Shown here: one piece after another, positions 17,830 through 27,486 of the stretch
How positions within the stretch are numbered: position 1 is the stretch's first letter
How the letters are laid out: the number at the start of each line of letters is the position of its first letter
From: Gemmatimonadales bacterium
GTDB taxonomy: Bacteria > Gemmatimonadota > Gemmatimonadetes > Gemmatimonadales > Gemmatimonadaceae
Direction of reading: 5' to 3'
Assembly (NCBI GenBank): GCA_038205995.1
Contig: JBBRBH010000004.1
Location: forward strand, 17,968-81,967
DNA: 64,000 bases
Position numbers and translations under genes: made by a program
Notes under the pieces: generated by a model
Database searches by the model: none
The model's input: the letters and a program-made list of their open reading frames with translations, nothing else
What the model was told of the DNA's origin: nothing

Positions 17830-19953
17830 TTACGGAGTGAAGGCGGGCGACCAGCGCGGAATTCCGAGTTCCTCGGGAGACGGCAGCTTCTTCGTACGAT
17901 TGTAGAGCGCGCGCGCCTGCCCGACTTTGTCGCTGCGCTGAATCCAGAGCTGCGCCGCAAGATCGTAGCGGTTGAGCACATTGAAGAGCCAGTACGGCCG
18001 GTTCTGTGCGAGCCAGCTTTTTTCAAACACTTCGCGGCCGAGCACGTACCCGTCGCGAAGATCCGCTGAGCGCGAATTGATATTCGAAGAAATCTCGCCG
18101 AGATCGTGGCCGGGGTTTCCGCCGACCTGCACGGTGTCGTACGCGTGCGTGTACAGCTTGGAGATTTCGTCGGAGAGTTCGAACTTCATCCCGATGAAAT
18201 CGAGCCGGCGCGCGCCCATCTCGATCGATTCTAAAGCGTCGGTTTCCCTGAGTGCGGCGCTTGCCGCGCCACCGCGCGCGGATTTCGCCACCGATGCTTT
18301 GGCCTGCGCAATGAGGACCATCGCGCTTTCGGCGAGAATGCGGAACTCACGCGAGATGCCGCGGATCTTCGTGGCGGCAACTTGTCCTTCGGTCGAGAAC
18401 GGATCGACCCAATACAAATAGTTGCTGCCGTCGCCGAGGCCGCCTTTCCCGAGCAGTGCGTGCGCGGCGGCGAGTTTCATTTGTGCGGCATCGATCTTGC
18501 CGCTCGCGTCGCCGTGGAATTGCAAACCATACGAGCGCTGAAAATCATCGAATGGCGATTCGCCGGCCTGCCAGCTCGCCGCGGCGCCGTACAAAATTCC
18601 GTACCACTGCTGATTCAGAATTGCCTCACCGTCGTCGGCCCAGCTCGTGTTGAGCAGACCCGTTGCGCCGAGGCGCTGACCATCGCGGGCCATCGCTTGA
18701 ATGTTTTTCAGCGTGACGTCGTTGTTCGGGTACACGCGATTCCATCCGTTCACACCGGGCGCGACCCACGTTTCAATTCCGGCGTCGATGAACGGACGCA
18801 GCAGAGTTTCGGCGCGCGGGTTGGACCCATAGCCCCATCCCACTGCGAGCATGTCCTTCGGCAGCGATTTCACCAGCGCGGGGCTCCCCTGCGCGATGTC
18901 GCCCCAGAAGAGAAAACGCTTTCCGGGCGCGCGCAGCACGCTCTCGATCTGCTTCAGGAAGTCGATGTAGACCTGACCCAGGCCGCTCGCCGCGACTTGG
19001 TCCTTCGTGCGGCCGAGTCCGAGCTCGAACGTTTCGTCGGCGCCCAGGTGCACCATCTTCGACGGAAAGAGCGAGTCGATTTCCGCGAACCACGATTTAA
19101 TTAGAGGAAGCGAGGCGGGATCGTTTGGCGCGAGCACGTGGCCGTGATCCGTTTCGCCGAGCGCGGAGTAGAGGTCGTATTTGAGCAGATGATGCAGATG
19201 GCCGAACGCCTCCTGCTCGGGGACCACTTCTATATGAAGGCGCTTCGCGTACGCAACGATCGCACGAACGTCGTCGTGTGACATCGAACCGCCGGGCGGC
19301 GCGACGATCGGATTGGCGTTGTAACTCAGCGTGTGCTCGTAGTATGGTGAGTACACGTTGATCTTGTATTCGGCGAACGTGCGCAGCTCCTTTTTCTGGA
19401 ACTCGAGCGTCGGCACGGGTCCGCGTGAGAGATCGTCGTGGAATCCACGGTATCGCATGGCGGGCCAGTCGCGGACCACCGCAACCTGAATGCGCGGCGC
19501 AGCGCCATCGGTGCGAATCAGCTGCTTCAGTGTTTGCGCGCCGTAGAACATTCCCGCGCCGCTGCTCGCAACGACCACCGCGCCCTCTTTCGTCGTGACG
19601 AGAACATATCCCTCGGCCTTCATCGCGTCGGTGAAAGTCAGGCTGCTCGCTTCGAGCGTTTTCTTGGCGGAAGGCGTGTCGAGGCGGAGGAGGGCGACTC
19701 GGAATCCTCCCTCGCCTTCGGTCGCGGCGTGAAGCCCGCGCGCTTTCAGCGTTTCGACGAGATCTTTCGCCGCAAAGCGATCGTCGTCATTCGCTGCGCC
19801 GGTGATGATGACGCTCTTTGCGAGCGGCGCGAGTTCAGTCGCGGTGACCTCGCGCGGCTTCGGAATGAGACGCGGATCGTCGGTGGCGCGCGCGCTCGTC
19901 GTCGCGGTGGCGATGAGCAGTAGGGCACGGGCGAGGCTGCGGGTAGCTGTCAT
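17830..19953 (-). CDS. Secreted glycoside hydrolase family 20 (beta-N-acetylhexosaminidase-like)
   Basis: Signal peptide MTATRSLARALLLIATATTSARA. RDWPAMRYRGFHDDLSRGPVP marks the start of the GH20 catalytic TIM barrel. VHLGADETFELG carries the catalytic D-E pair. Confidence 0.85.
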   Translation of the reverse strand: MTATRSLARALLLIATATTSARATDDPRLIPKPREVTATELAPLAKSVIITGAANDDDRFAAKDLVETLKARGLHAATEGEGGFRVALLRLDTPSAKKTLEASSLTFTDAMKAEGYVLVTTKEGAVVVASSGAGMFYGAQTLKQLIRTDGAAPRIQVAVVRDWPAMRYRGFHDDLSRGPVPTLEFQKKELRTFAEYKINVYSPYYEHTLSYNANPIVAPPGGSMSHDDVRAIVAYAKRLHIEVVPEQEAFGHLHHLLKYDLYSALGETDHGHVLAPNDPASLPLIKSWFAEIDSLFPSKMVHLGADETFELGLGRTKDQVAASGLGQVYIDFLKQIESVLRAPGKRFLFWGDIAQGSPALVKSLPKDMLAVGWGYGSNPRAETLLRPFIDAGIETWVAPGVNGWNRVYPNNDVTLKNIQAMARDGQRLGATGLLNTSWADDGEAILNQQWYGILYGAAASWQAGESPFDDFQRSYGLQFHGDASGKIDAAQMKLAAAHALLGKGGLGDGSNYLYWVDPFSTEGQVAATKIRGISREFRILAESAMVLIAQAKASVAKSARGGAASAALRETDALESIEMGARRLDFIGMKFELSDEISKLYTHAYDTVQVGGNPGHDLGEISSNINSRSADLRDGYVLGREVFEKSWLAQNRPYWLFNVLNRYDLAAQLWIQRSDKVGQARALYNRTKKLPSPEELGIPRWSPAFTP

Positions 19954-19986
19954 AGAGAAGAAACTTACCGCCGCCCGCCCCGTCTG

Positions 19987-22401
19987 CTACTGGCTTCGCA
20001 AGGCGGTCAGCGGATCGACGCGCGTCGCGCGCCGCGCGGGAACCAGACACGCGAGCAATCCCGTGATCGCGAGCACCACGACCACTCCGCCGAACACCTG
20101 CGGATCGCGCGGCTCCACCTCAAACAGAATCTGTTTCGTCAGCTGTCCGATTCCGGTTGCGAGCGCGAGTCCGAATGTTATCCCGAGCCCGAGCTGCCAC
20201 GCGCCTTGCCGGAAGATCATCCGGATCACCTGGCCGCCCTGCGCGCCGAGTGCCATGCGAATCCCGACTTCCTTGGTGCGGCGGCTCACCGAGAACGACA
20301 TCACCGCGTACAATCCGATCGCCGCGAGAAAGAGCGCGATCGCGCCGAAGATCATGAACATCGTGCCGAAGGTCCGGATATACCACAGCGGCCGCGCGAG
20401 CGCCTCGTCCATTGAGTAGACCCAATAGAGCGGGATGTCGGGGTTGAGCTGCGCAACGGCCTGCCGCACCTGTGCTGTCGTCGCCATCGGCGGGCCCGCT
20501 GTTTGCACGGCAAGGCTCACAAAGCTCGAATGATGCTGCGAAAGCGGCGCGTAATACGCTGCATTCAGCGGTCGATCGGCCTCGCCGGTGAACACCGTCG
20601 CGGCGACGCCGACAATTGTCATCCATTGATTCTTGCTCGTGGCCGTACCTTCGCGAATTCGCCGGCCAATTGGATCGACACCAGGAAAGTATTTGTCCGC
20701 GAACGCCTTGTTCACCACGACGATTGGCTGCGCATCGGCGCGATCGCTCGAGCTGATCGCGCGGCCTTCGAGCATCTTGATCTCGAAATTCTCGAAAAAG
20801 CCATCGGAGACTGCGTACCACCGCGAGCGGGGAATGTCGCGATCACTTGCGTACGACACGCCGTCTACCGTGAATTGCGCGCCATTTCCGCCGGTGCCAG
20901 GAAGATTCGACGAAATCGATGCGCCGCGTGCGCCCGGCAGCGCCGCGAGCTTCGCGCGAAGCTGGGTCATGAACAGTTTCTGCGCTGTCGTGTCACTGGA
21001 GCCGTCGGGGAATCCGAGGCGCGCCGTGAATACCTGCTGCGTGCGGAATCCAGGATCCATTGTGTTCAGCTTCGTCACGCTCTTGATCATCAAGCCGCTC
21101 GCCACGAGCAGTCCGCAACTCACCGCGATTTCGAACACCACGAGGGCCCGGCTCATTTTGCCCATCTTCAGGCTCGACGATCCGCGATTCTCGTCCTTCA
21201 GTACTTCGTTGATGTCGGCACGCGATGACTGAATTGCCGGAATCGCGCCGGAAAACAGCGTTGAGACGAGCGCCATTGCAATGACGAAAGCGAGCACCGC
21301 CGGATGCAAACGGATGTCGATGAAAAACGGCGGCTGCGTATCGACGAGCACGCGGTTGAACGCGGAGATCGCGCCGTACGCCAGCGCGGTTCCGCCGATC
21401 GCGCCCGCGCCCGACAGCACCAGTGCCTCGGTGAGAAACTGTCGAACCACCGCTCCACGCGACGCGCCGAGCGCGGTCCGAATGCCGATCTCTTTGGTTT
21501 TGTGCGCCGCGCGATCCAGCAGGAGATTCGCCACGTTCGCGCACGCAATGAGCAGCACGAAAAAAACCGCGCCGAGCATCGCGTACAGCAGCTGGTGCGG
21601 CTGCGGTCCGATATGCGCATCTACGAACGACTGCACGACTGCGCCGATATCGGCGTTCGACTCCTTGTAATCCTTCTGCAGCCGCTGCGCGATCGACGCG
21701 AAATCCGAAGCGGCCTGATCGATCGTCGTGCCCGGCTTCAGCACGCCGTACACTTCAAGCTGCTGTCCTTCGCCGCGTTTGATCGCGAGTGGATCCATCT
21801 GCAGCGGAAGCCACAGATCGGCGCCGTCAGGAAACGCGTACTTATCCGGCATCACGCCCACGATCGTAAACGGCTGTCCATTCGCGCGAATGACTTCGCC
21901 GATGACACTGGGCATGCCGGCAAACCGCGTCTTCCACAGTCCGTAACTCAGCACCGCCACCTTGGGTCCGTTCGGCGCGTTGTCCTCCGGCAGAAGCGTC
22001 CGGCCAAGCTGCGGCGGTGTTTTGGGAATCTCGAACATCGACGCCGTGACCCAGCCGCCGTTGTATCGCTCGGCCTGTCCAACGCCGCTCACGTTCACGG
22101 TTCCTGAGTAGCCGGCCGCCATCGTTGTAAGCGTGCGCTGTTGCGCGACGTAATCTGCGTAGTCGGAAATCGGCACCGACATCTGCGGGTTGCCCGCGAC
22201 GAGGTTGTTCCGGAACACTGCTACAACGCGATCGCCGTTCGGGAACGGCAACCCCTTGAGCATCGCGCCGTATACGATGCTGAACATCGTCGTGGTAAGC
22301 CCTATCCCGAGCGTGAGCGCTATCGTCGCGACGAGCGTGAGGCCCGGGCTCTTGATAAGCGATCGGATACCGTAGCGGATGTCGCGGAAAATGGCAGCCA
22401 T
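19987..22401 (-). CDS. ADOP / MacB-FtsX-type ABC permease (duplicated FtsX architecture), no adjacent PadR
   Basis: 804 aa. N-terminus MAAIFRDIRYGIRSLIKSPGLTLVATIALTLGIGLTTTMFSIV. There are two FtsX-type 4-TM modules, with KEIGIRTALGASRG and [14 protein letters not shown] marking each half. Confidence 0.9.
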   Translation of the reverse strand: MAAIFRDIRYGIRSLIKSPGLTLVATIALTLGIGLTTTMFSIVYGAMLKGLPFPNGDRVVAVFRNNLVAGNPQMSVPISDYADYVAQQRTLTTMAAGYSGTVNVSGVGQAERYNGGWVTASMFEIPKTPPQLGRTLLPEDNAPNGPKVAVLSYGLWKTRFAGMPSVIGEVIRANGQPFTIVGVMPDKYAFPDGADLWLPLQMDPLAIKRGEGQQLEVYGVLKPGTTIDQAASDFASIAQRLQKDYKESNADIGAVVQSFVDAHIGPQPHQLLYAMLGAVFFVLLIACANVANLLLDRAAHKTKEIGIRTALGASRGAVVRQFLTEALVLSGAGAIGGTALAYGAISAFNRVLVDTQPPFFIDIRLHPAVLAFVIAMALVSTLFSGAIPAIQSSRADINEVLKDENRGSSSLKMGKMSRALVVFEIAVSCGLLVASGLMIKSVTKLNTMDPGFRTQQVFTARLGFPDGSSDTTAQKLFMTQLRAKLAALPGARGASISSNLPGTGGNGAQFTVDGVSYASDRDIPRSRWYAVSDGFFENFEIKMLEGRAISSSDRADAQPIVVVNKAFADKYFPGVDPIGRRIREGTATSKNQWMTIVGVAATVFTGEADRPLNAAYYAPLSQHHSSFVSLAVQTAGPPMATTAQVRQAVAQLNPDIPLYWVYSMDEALARPLWYIRTFGTMFMIFGAIALFLAAIGLYAVMSFSVSRRTKEVGIRMALGAQGGQVIRMIFRQGAWQLGLGITFGLALATGIGQLTKQILFEVEPRDPQVFGGVVVVLAITGLLACLVPARRATRVDPLTALRSQ

Positions 22402-22476
22402 CGTTCGGCTCAGTCGTGGGTGACCTGAACCGTACGACGAGCCGCATCCACAGTTTCAGCGTTTCAAAACGACTCG

Positions 22477-23316
22477 CTAGAACTCGATCTTCTTCAGGTA
22501 ATCGTAGTCCGCCTTCATGCTCGTGAGCTCGTCCTTCGGACTTTCCTGCTCGACGTAGCACGGCTTCTTCTGGATATCCGGAATTGCGGCGAGCAGCGCG
22601 TGAATATTCACGCGGCCCGCGCCGAGTTCGGTGTCGTGCGTGCCGTCTTCGACAACATCCTTCACGTGAAAGCTCCAGTACCGCTCGCGATACTTGAGCA
22701 GATACTGCATTGGCTTCCCGCCGCCGACTTCCATGTTTCCGAAGTCGAGCTGCAACCGCACGCGCGATGCATCGGTGCGCTCAACAAACAGTTCGTACGG
22801 GATCACGTTCTTAATCGGCTTCACGTGCTCCGGTTCATTGTGAAACGCAAGCCAGATGCCGTGCCGCCGCGCGATATCGCCCGCGGTATTGAATCGATCG
22901 GCCCAGAGTTTCCACGAGTCGAGCGAGGTCCTTGTTTCGTCGGGCAGACTCGGCACGATGAGATACTGATGGCCGACGATTTTCGCCGCGTCGAGACTCT
23001 TCTCCCAGTCCTTGATGAGCGCCTCGGGCGCGATGTGGCCCGACGGCGCCTTGAGTCCTTCGTGCCTCAGCGTGTCGTGCACCTGTTTCGGAGTGCGGCC
23101 GAAGTTGTCGAAGCTCCAGAGCAGCTCGACGTCGTCGTATCCCATTTTGCGAACTGCAGCGAGCGTGCGCTCCGGATCGCGCTTCATTGAATTGCGCACC
23201 GAGTACAGCTCGAGTCCCACGCGCCAGAGGTGATCCGTTGGCGGCGCGATACGCGGCAGAAGTACGGCGCCTCCAATCGCGGCGCCGAGCGTGTGGACGA
23301 ATTCTTTCCGCCTCAT
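22477..23316 (-). CDS. Sugar phosphate isomerase/epimerase (xylose-isomerase-like TIM barrel) with a Tat-like signal
   Basis: MRRKEFVHTLGAAIGGAVLLP is a twin-Arg-like leader. WLAFHNEPEH, FGNMEVGG and WSFHVKDV match my recollection of this family. Its start overlaps the upstream gene's stop by 4 nt. Confidence 0.75.
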   Translation of the reverse strand: MRRKEFVHTLGAAIGGAVLLPRIAPPTDHLWRVGLELYSVRNSMKRDPERTLAAVRKMGYDDVELLWSFDNFGRTPKQVHDTLRHEGLKAPSGHIAPEALIKDWEKSLDAAKIVGHQYLIVPSLPDETRTSLDSWKLWADRFNTAGDIARRHGIWLAFHNEPEHVKPIKNVIPYELFVERTDASRVRLQLDFGNMEVGGGKPMQYLLKYRERYWSFHVKDVVEDGTHDTELGAGRVNIHALLAAIPDIQKKPCYVEQESPKDELTSMKADYDYLKKIEF

Positions 23317-25250
23317 TTCTGACCGGTCGCCGCACGCATGAGATCCTTCACGCTATAGATGCGTCCGCCGCGAATTACGGTCTCAGTTTTCGAAAGATCG
23401 GCGACGTGCGTCGCCGGCTTTCCGTTCACGATGATGATGTCGGCAATTTTTCCGGCGACGATGCTGCCGTAGTCCTTGTCCTCGTGCATCACGCGCGCGC
23501 TGCCGATCGTCGCGATCTTCAGCACCTCGGGCGCGGGAATCCCGGCCTGCTCGTACAGCTCGAGCTCACGGTGAAACGTCGTGGCGAACGTGTTGTCCGT
23601 TCCCGGTACGAGCGTCACGCCGCCCTGGTACAGCCGCGTGATGAGCCGCAGATACGCGGCGTCCGCCTTCTGCTGATTCGTCGATCCGCCCGCGCCAACC
23701 GCTGACGCACCGCCGCCGATCCACACGCTGAACGTACCGTCGATCACCGTGTGATGATCGTGGAGGAACTTGATGAGATCCGTCATCGGCGCGCCATCCA
23801 CGTCGAACGTCGGCGCCACCGCGGTCGCGACCGCGGAATACGCGCGCATCGTCGGGAGGTACAACGAATCCTGGAAGAACGTCGAGAAAAGAAACGCCGC
23901 GTGTTGGATCTCGTCGTAGCCAAGCGTGACCGCCGCCTGCACGCTCAGGCCGCGGGGAATGTGGCCGCTGAGGCGCATGCCGCGTTTGCGCGCCTCTGCG
24001 GCAACTGCCGGCACGAGATCCTGCTGGAAAATGTTATACAGCTTGAGCTGCTTGTATCCGGCCGAGTCGTAGCGCGCGATGTACGACATCGCCTCCGCTT
24101 CGTTCGAAACGATCACGTCGGTGGGGCCCGCCCAGCGGCCGGGACCTTCCATGAAGCCGGCGAGAATGAGACGCGGCGAGGCGAGCAATCCCAGACGTTC
24201 GCGATCACGCAGCGAGGTGGCCACATCGAAGTCCGCCGCGAGATCGCGCGCGGTCGTGACTCCCTGTGCGAGCTGGTACAGGCCGCCGAGCGTTTGATTG
24301 GAGAGCTGCACGTGCGTGTGCATCTCCCACATTCCGGGCATCACCGTTTTTCCAGTCGCGTCAATCACCGTCGCGCCGCCCGGAATATCGGTCGTACCCG
24401 AGGGTCCGACGGCCACGATGCGGTCATCGCGAATGACGATGTTCGAGTTCGGCACCACCGTTCCGCTCTCACCATCGAACAGGTCTGCGTTTTTTATGAC
24501 CAGCGTGGCGGCGCGCGGCATCACGACTTTCTTTCCCATCGTCAGGCCCTGCGCGTCGCGCCACTTCACTTCGATCGCACGCATGACCGGCAGCGCTTGT
24601 TCCGCGCCCGGCCGGATCGTGATGAACCACTGCACATCGGTCGCGAACAGCTGGTTCTTGTCGTCGAGCCACACGCCGCTCGGCGTAGGGCTCATGCCCT
24701 GATAGAGCATCACGAGGCGAACGTGAATTTTGCCCTTCGCCGTCGGCACCTTCGCATCGCCAACGATCTCTGCACGAAGCGGCGCGCCACTCGACAGCGC
24801 CTTCGCGGACAGCTGCGGCTGCTTAATGAGATAAGCCGCCAGCAGCGCCTGCTCGTACGGTGTGCCGGTTGAGAGCCCCACGTACGAGCCGCTCTGGATG
24901 TGCGTGGCGTGTTGTACGTTCGCGATGGACCCCTGGCCGGACGTTGAAATCCGGACCGCAGAGTCGCCCGAGACTGTGAATCCGTCAAACGGCGCACCAG
25001 CCCGCCCATCAGGCGCAATCTGGCGCGCGTCGGCGGAGACCAAGTTCTTCTCTTTGCCAAACCGGTAGCGAGTCTCGATGCGCGTTCCACGGTTGCGATC
25101 GACAAAAATCCAGCGCATGACCGTCGAGTCGCCCGTGGTGACGACAGTCATATCGCCGGCCCAGCGGCCGTGATTGAGAACGACGTATGACGAGCTGTCG
25201 CCGGCGGCGAGTGCGGCCGCGGTGACGAGTGCGAACAGCGAACCGATCAT
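23313..25250 (-). CDS. Secreted amidohydrolase-family metallohydrolase with an N-terminal extra domain
   Basis: Start moved to ATG 25250, which overlaps the GH18 stop as ATGA (signal MIGSLFALVTAAALAAG). HxH metal motif GMWEMHTHV. The C-terminal part (GVTLVPGTDN ... GSIVAGKIADIIIVNGKP) is typical of the amidohydrolase superfamily. Confidence 0.8.
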   Translation of the reverse strand: MIGSLFALVTAAALAAGDSSSYVVLNHGRWAGDMTVVTTGDSTVMRWIFVDRNRGTRIETRYRFGKEKNLVSADARQIAPDGRAGAPFDGFTVSGDSAVRISTSGQGSIANVQHATHIQSGSYVGLSTGTPYEQALLAAYLIKQPQLSAKALSSGAPLRAEIVGDAKVPTAKGKIHVRLVMLYQGMSPTPSGVWLDDKNQLFATDVQWFITIRPGAEQALPVMRAIEVKWRDAQGLTMGKKVVMPRAATLVIKNADLFDGESGTVVPNSNIVIRDDRIVAVGPSGTTDIPGGATVIDATGKTVMPGMWEMHTHVQLSNQTLGGLYQLAQGVTTARDLAADFDVATSLRDRERLGLLASPRLILAGFMEGPGRWAGPTDVIVSNEAEAMSYIARYDSAGYKQLKLYNIFQQDLVPAVAAEARKRGMRLSGHIPRGLSVQAAVTLGYDEIQHAAFLFSTFFQDSLYLPTMRAYSAVATAVAPTFDVDGAPMTDLIKFLHDHHTVIDGTFSVWIGGGASAVGAGGSTNQQKADAAYLRLITRLYQGGVTLVPGTDNTFATTFHRELELYEQAGIPAPEVLKIATIGSARVMHEDKDYGSIVAGKIADIIIVNGKPATHVADLSKTETVIRGGRIYSVKDLMRAATGQK

Positions 25251-26290
25251 CTGAGTGCTCTCCACGTTTCAGGATCTTCCAGTCCAAGAACCCACACCGA
25301 ATACCCGCGCAGATGGTATTTCGACACGAGCGCGAGCTTCGCCAGGAAGGCGCGCCGGTCCTCCATCCATATATGCTGAAACACATCATGCTCGCTCCAC
25401 GATGCCTTCGGCGATTTCTGTACATCGTCCCACGCGGCTTTCACACCGCTCTTCGCGAGAATTTCCAGGGCCCGCGTGTACGAAATGTCACTGCCGCGCA
25501 TGCGCGAGCCGTTGATAGAATCGTAAACCGGATACCACCAGTCGGAGTAGCCCGGCACGCCGAGTGAAATCTTTGAGGGCTTCGCGCCGGTTGAGAGCAC
25601 GAACTTCAGCGATTCCTCGATCCATGGATATCCGCCCACCGGCCCGTCGGTGGAGCCGCCGGTGTGCTGCGCGTACGTCATGTACGAGATGAAGTCGAGC
25701 GTGTCGGCCAGCGCTTTGTAATCGTAGACTGCGCGCCAGTTGTCGTAAATCCACTTGTGATAGCTCGTCGGGCCGGGATCCTCTCCGGTGCGCGGCACCA
25801 CCGCGGCGCTCAGGGTGCAGCCGGCGTGATGAACCGAATCGACCGACTCGCGCGTGAACGACGTGAACGCGGCCTTGTCGCTGACGTGCACATTCTCGAT
25901 GTCGAACTGGATTCCGTCGAGATGCTGCTCGCGGCAGAGCGCTGCCAGACTACGGATCGCTTGGAGCCGGGCCCCGGGAACGGTGAGTACGCGGTGAATC
26001 GAAGGCTGGTCGAATCCGGGATTCATCACGAGCGGGACGAGCTGCACGTGCTGCTCGTGCGCCTTCGCGATGACGCGCGGGTCCATTCCGCCGGTAATGA
26101 AGCCGTTGCTATCGAGCGAAAAGACCTGCGGCGAGACGATGGAGATCTGATCGGCGTGCGCGAGGAAACTCTGCACGCTTTCTTCGCCGCGAGTCGAATA
26201 CCAGAGCGACTCGAGTTTCTTTGGCGACGGCGACTGCGTTCCGCAGCCAGCGAGCACGGTGAGCACCAGGACGAAGAGAGTGCGGGGCAT
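25247..26290 (-). CDS. Glycoside hydrolase family 18-like lipoprotein
   Basis: Lipobox LAGC. The GH18 catalytic-strand motif is LDGIQFDIENV, retaining the D-x-E end of DxxDxDxE. The ISYMTYAQH and GVPGYSDWW strands fit the (beta/alpha)8 chitinase-like fold. Confidence 0.8.
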   Translation of the reverse strand: MPRTLFVLVLTVLAGCGTQSPSPKKLESLWYSTRGEESVQSFLAHADQISIVSPQVFSLDSNGFITGGMDPRVIAKAHEQHVQLVPLVMNPGFDQPSIHRVLTVPGARLQAIRSLAALCREQHLDGIQFDIENVHVSDKAAFTSFTRESVDSVHHAGCTLSAAVVPRTGEDPGPTSYHKWIYDNWRAVYDYKALADTLDFISYMTYAQHTGGSTDGPVGGYPWIEESLKFVLSTGAKPSKISLGVPGYSDWWYPVYDSINGSRMRGSDISYTRALEILAKSGVKAAWDDVQKSPKASWSEHDVFQHIWMEDRRAFLAKLALVSKYHLRGYSVWVLGLEDPETWRALR

Positions 26291-26325
26291 CGACTAGAAA
26301 CTACCGCGACTGCATCTTATGAGCC

Positions 26326-27486
26326 ATGAATGCGATCGAGTCCAGCTTTCGCGAGTTCCGCGACCCCGTCCGCGCCCTTTGCGCAAAGTTCGACAGCGCG
26401 TACTGGCAGGGCGTGGACGCCGAAGCGGGATACCCCGAGGCGTTCGTAAAGGCGCTCACCGACGCCGGCTGGCTCGCCGCGCTGATTCCCGCCGAATACG
26501 GCGGCGGCGGACTCGGCATCACGGAAGCATCGGTCATACTCGAGGAGATCAACCGCTCAGGCGCGAATTCCGGCGCGTGCCATGCGCAGCTCTACATCAT
26601 GGGCACGCTGCTGCGACACGGATCGGCGGAGCAAAAAAAACATTATCTCCCGAAAATCGCTTCCGGCGAACTGCGCTTGCAGTCGTTTGCGGTCACCGAG
26701 CCGACTACGGGCAGCGATACGACACGAACGAAAACGTTTGCTGAACGGCGTGGCGACACTTTCGTGGTGAACGGCCAGAAGGTTTGGATCTCGCGCGTGC
26801 AGCATTCCGATCTCATGCTGTTGCTCGCGCGCACCACGCCGCTCGAACAAGTCGTCAAGAAATCCGACGGCCTCTCCGTATTTCTCGTGGATCTCCGCGG
26901 CGCCGAGCAGCGCGGCATGACGCTCCGCCGCATCAAGAACATGGTGAACCACGAAACCAACGAACTCTTCTTCGACAATTTCGAAATTCCCGCGGAGAAT
27001 CTCATTGGTGAGGCGGGCCGGGGCTTCACATACATCCTCGACGGCATGAACGCCGAGCGAATTCTCATCGCCGCGGAATGTATCGGCGACGGCTACTGGT
27101 TTACCGACAAATCGCGTCACTATGCCAACGAGCGCACCGTGTTCGATCGCCCGATCGGACAGAACCAGGGCGTGCAGTTTCCGATTGCACGAGCCTACGC
27201 AAATGTTCGCGCGGCCGATCTCATGCGCTTCGAAGCCGCGCGTCTCTACGATTCCGGCAAGAAGTGCGGTGAGGAATCGAATCTCGCCAAGCTGCTCGCC
27301 GCGGACGCGAGCTGGGAAGCGGCGAACGTGTGCCTGCAAACATTCGGCGGCTTTGGATTCGCCGCTGAATATGATATAGAACGGAAACTTCGCGAGACCC
27401 GCCTCTATCAAGTCGCGCCAATCTCCACGAACATGATTCTGTCGTACATCGGCGAACACGTACTCGGAATGCCGAGGTCCTATTGA
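26326..27486 (+). CDS. Acyl-CoA dehydrogenase family protein
   Basis: 386 aa. AALIPAEYGGGGLG, FAVTEPTTGSD, WISRVQHSD and a C-terminal LRETRLYQVAPISTNMILSYIGEHVLGMP are all classic ACAD motifs. Confidence 0.9.
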   Translation: MNAIESSFREFRDPVRALCAKFDSAYWQGVDAEAGYPEAFVKALTDAGWLAALIPAEYGGGGLGITEASVILEEINRSGANSGACHAQLYIMGTLLRHGSAEQKKHYLPKIASGELRLQSFAVTEPTTGSDTTRTKTFAERRGDTFVVNGQKVWISRVQHSDLMLLLARTTPLEQVVKKSDGLSVFLVDLRGAEQRGMTLRRIKNMVNHETNELFFDNFEIPAENLIGEAGRGFTYILDGMNAERILIAAECIGDGYWFTDKSRHYANERTVFDRPIGQNQGVQFPIARAYANVRAADLMRFEAARLYDSGKKCGEESNLAKLLAADASWEAANVCLQTFGGFGFAAEYDIERKLRETRLYQVAPISTNMILSYIGEHVLGMPRSY

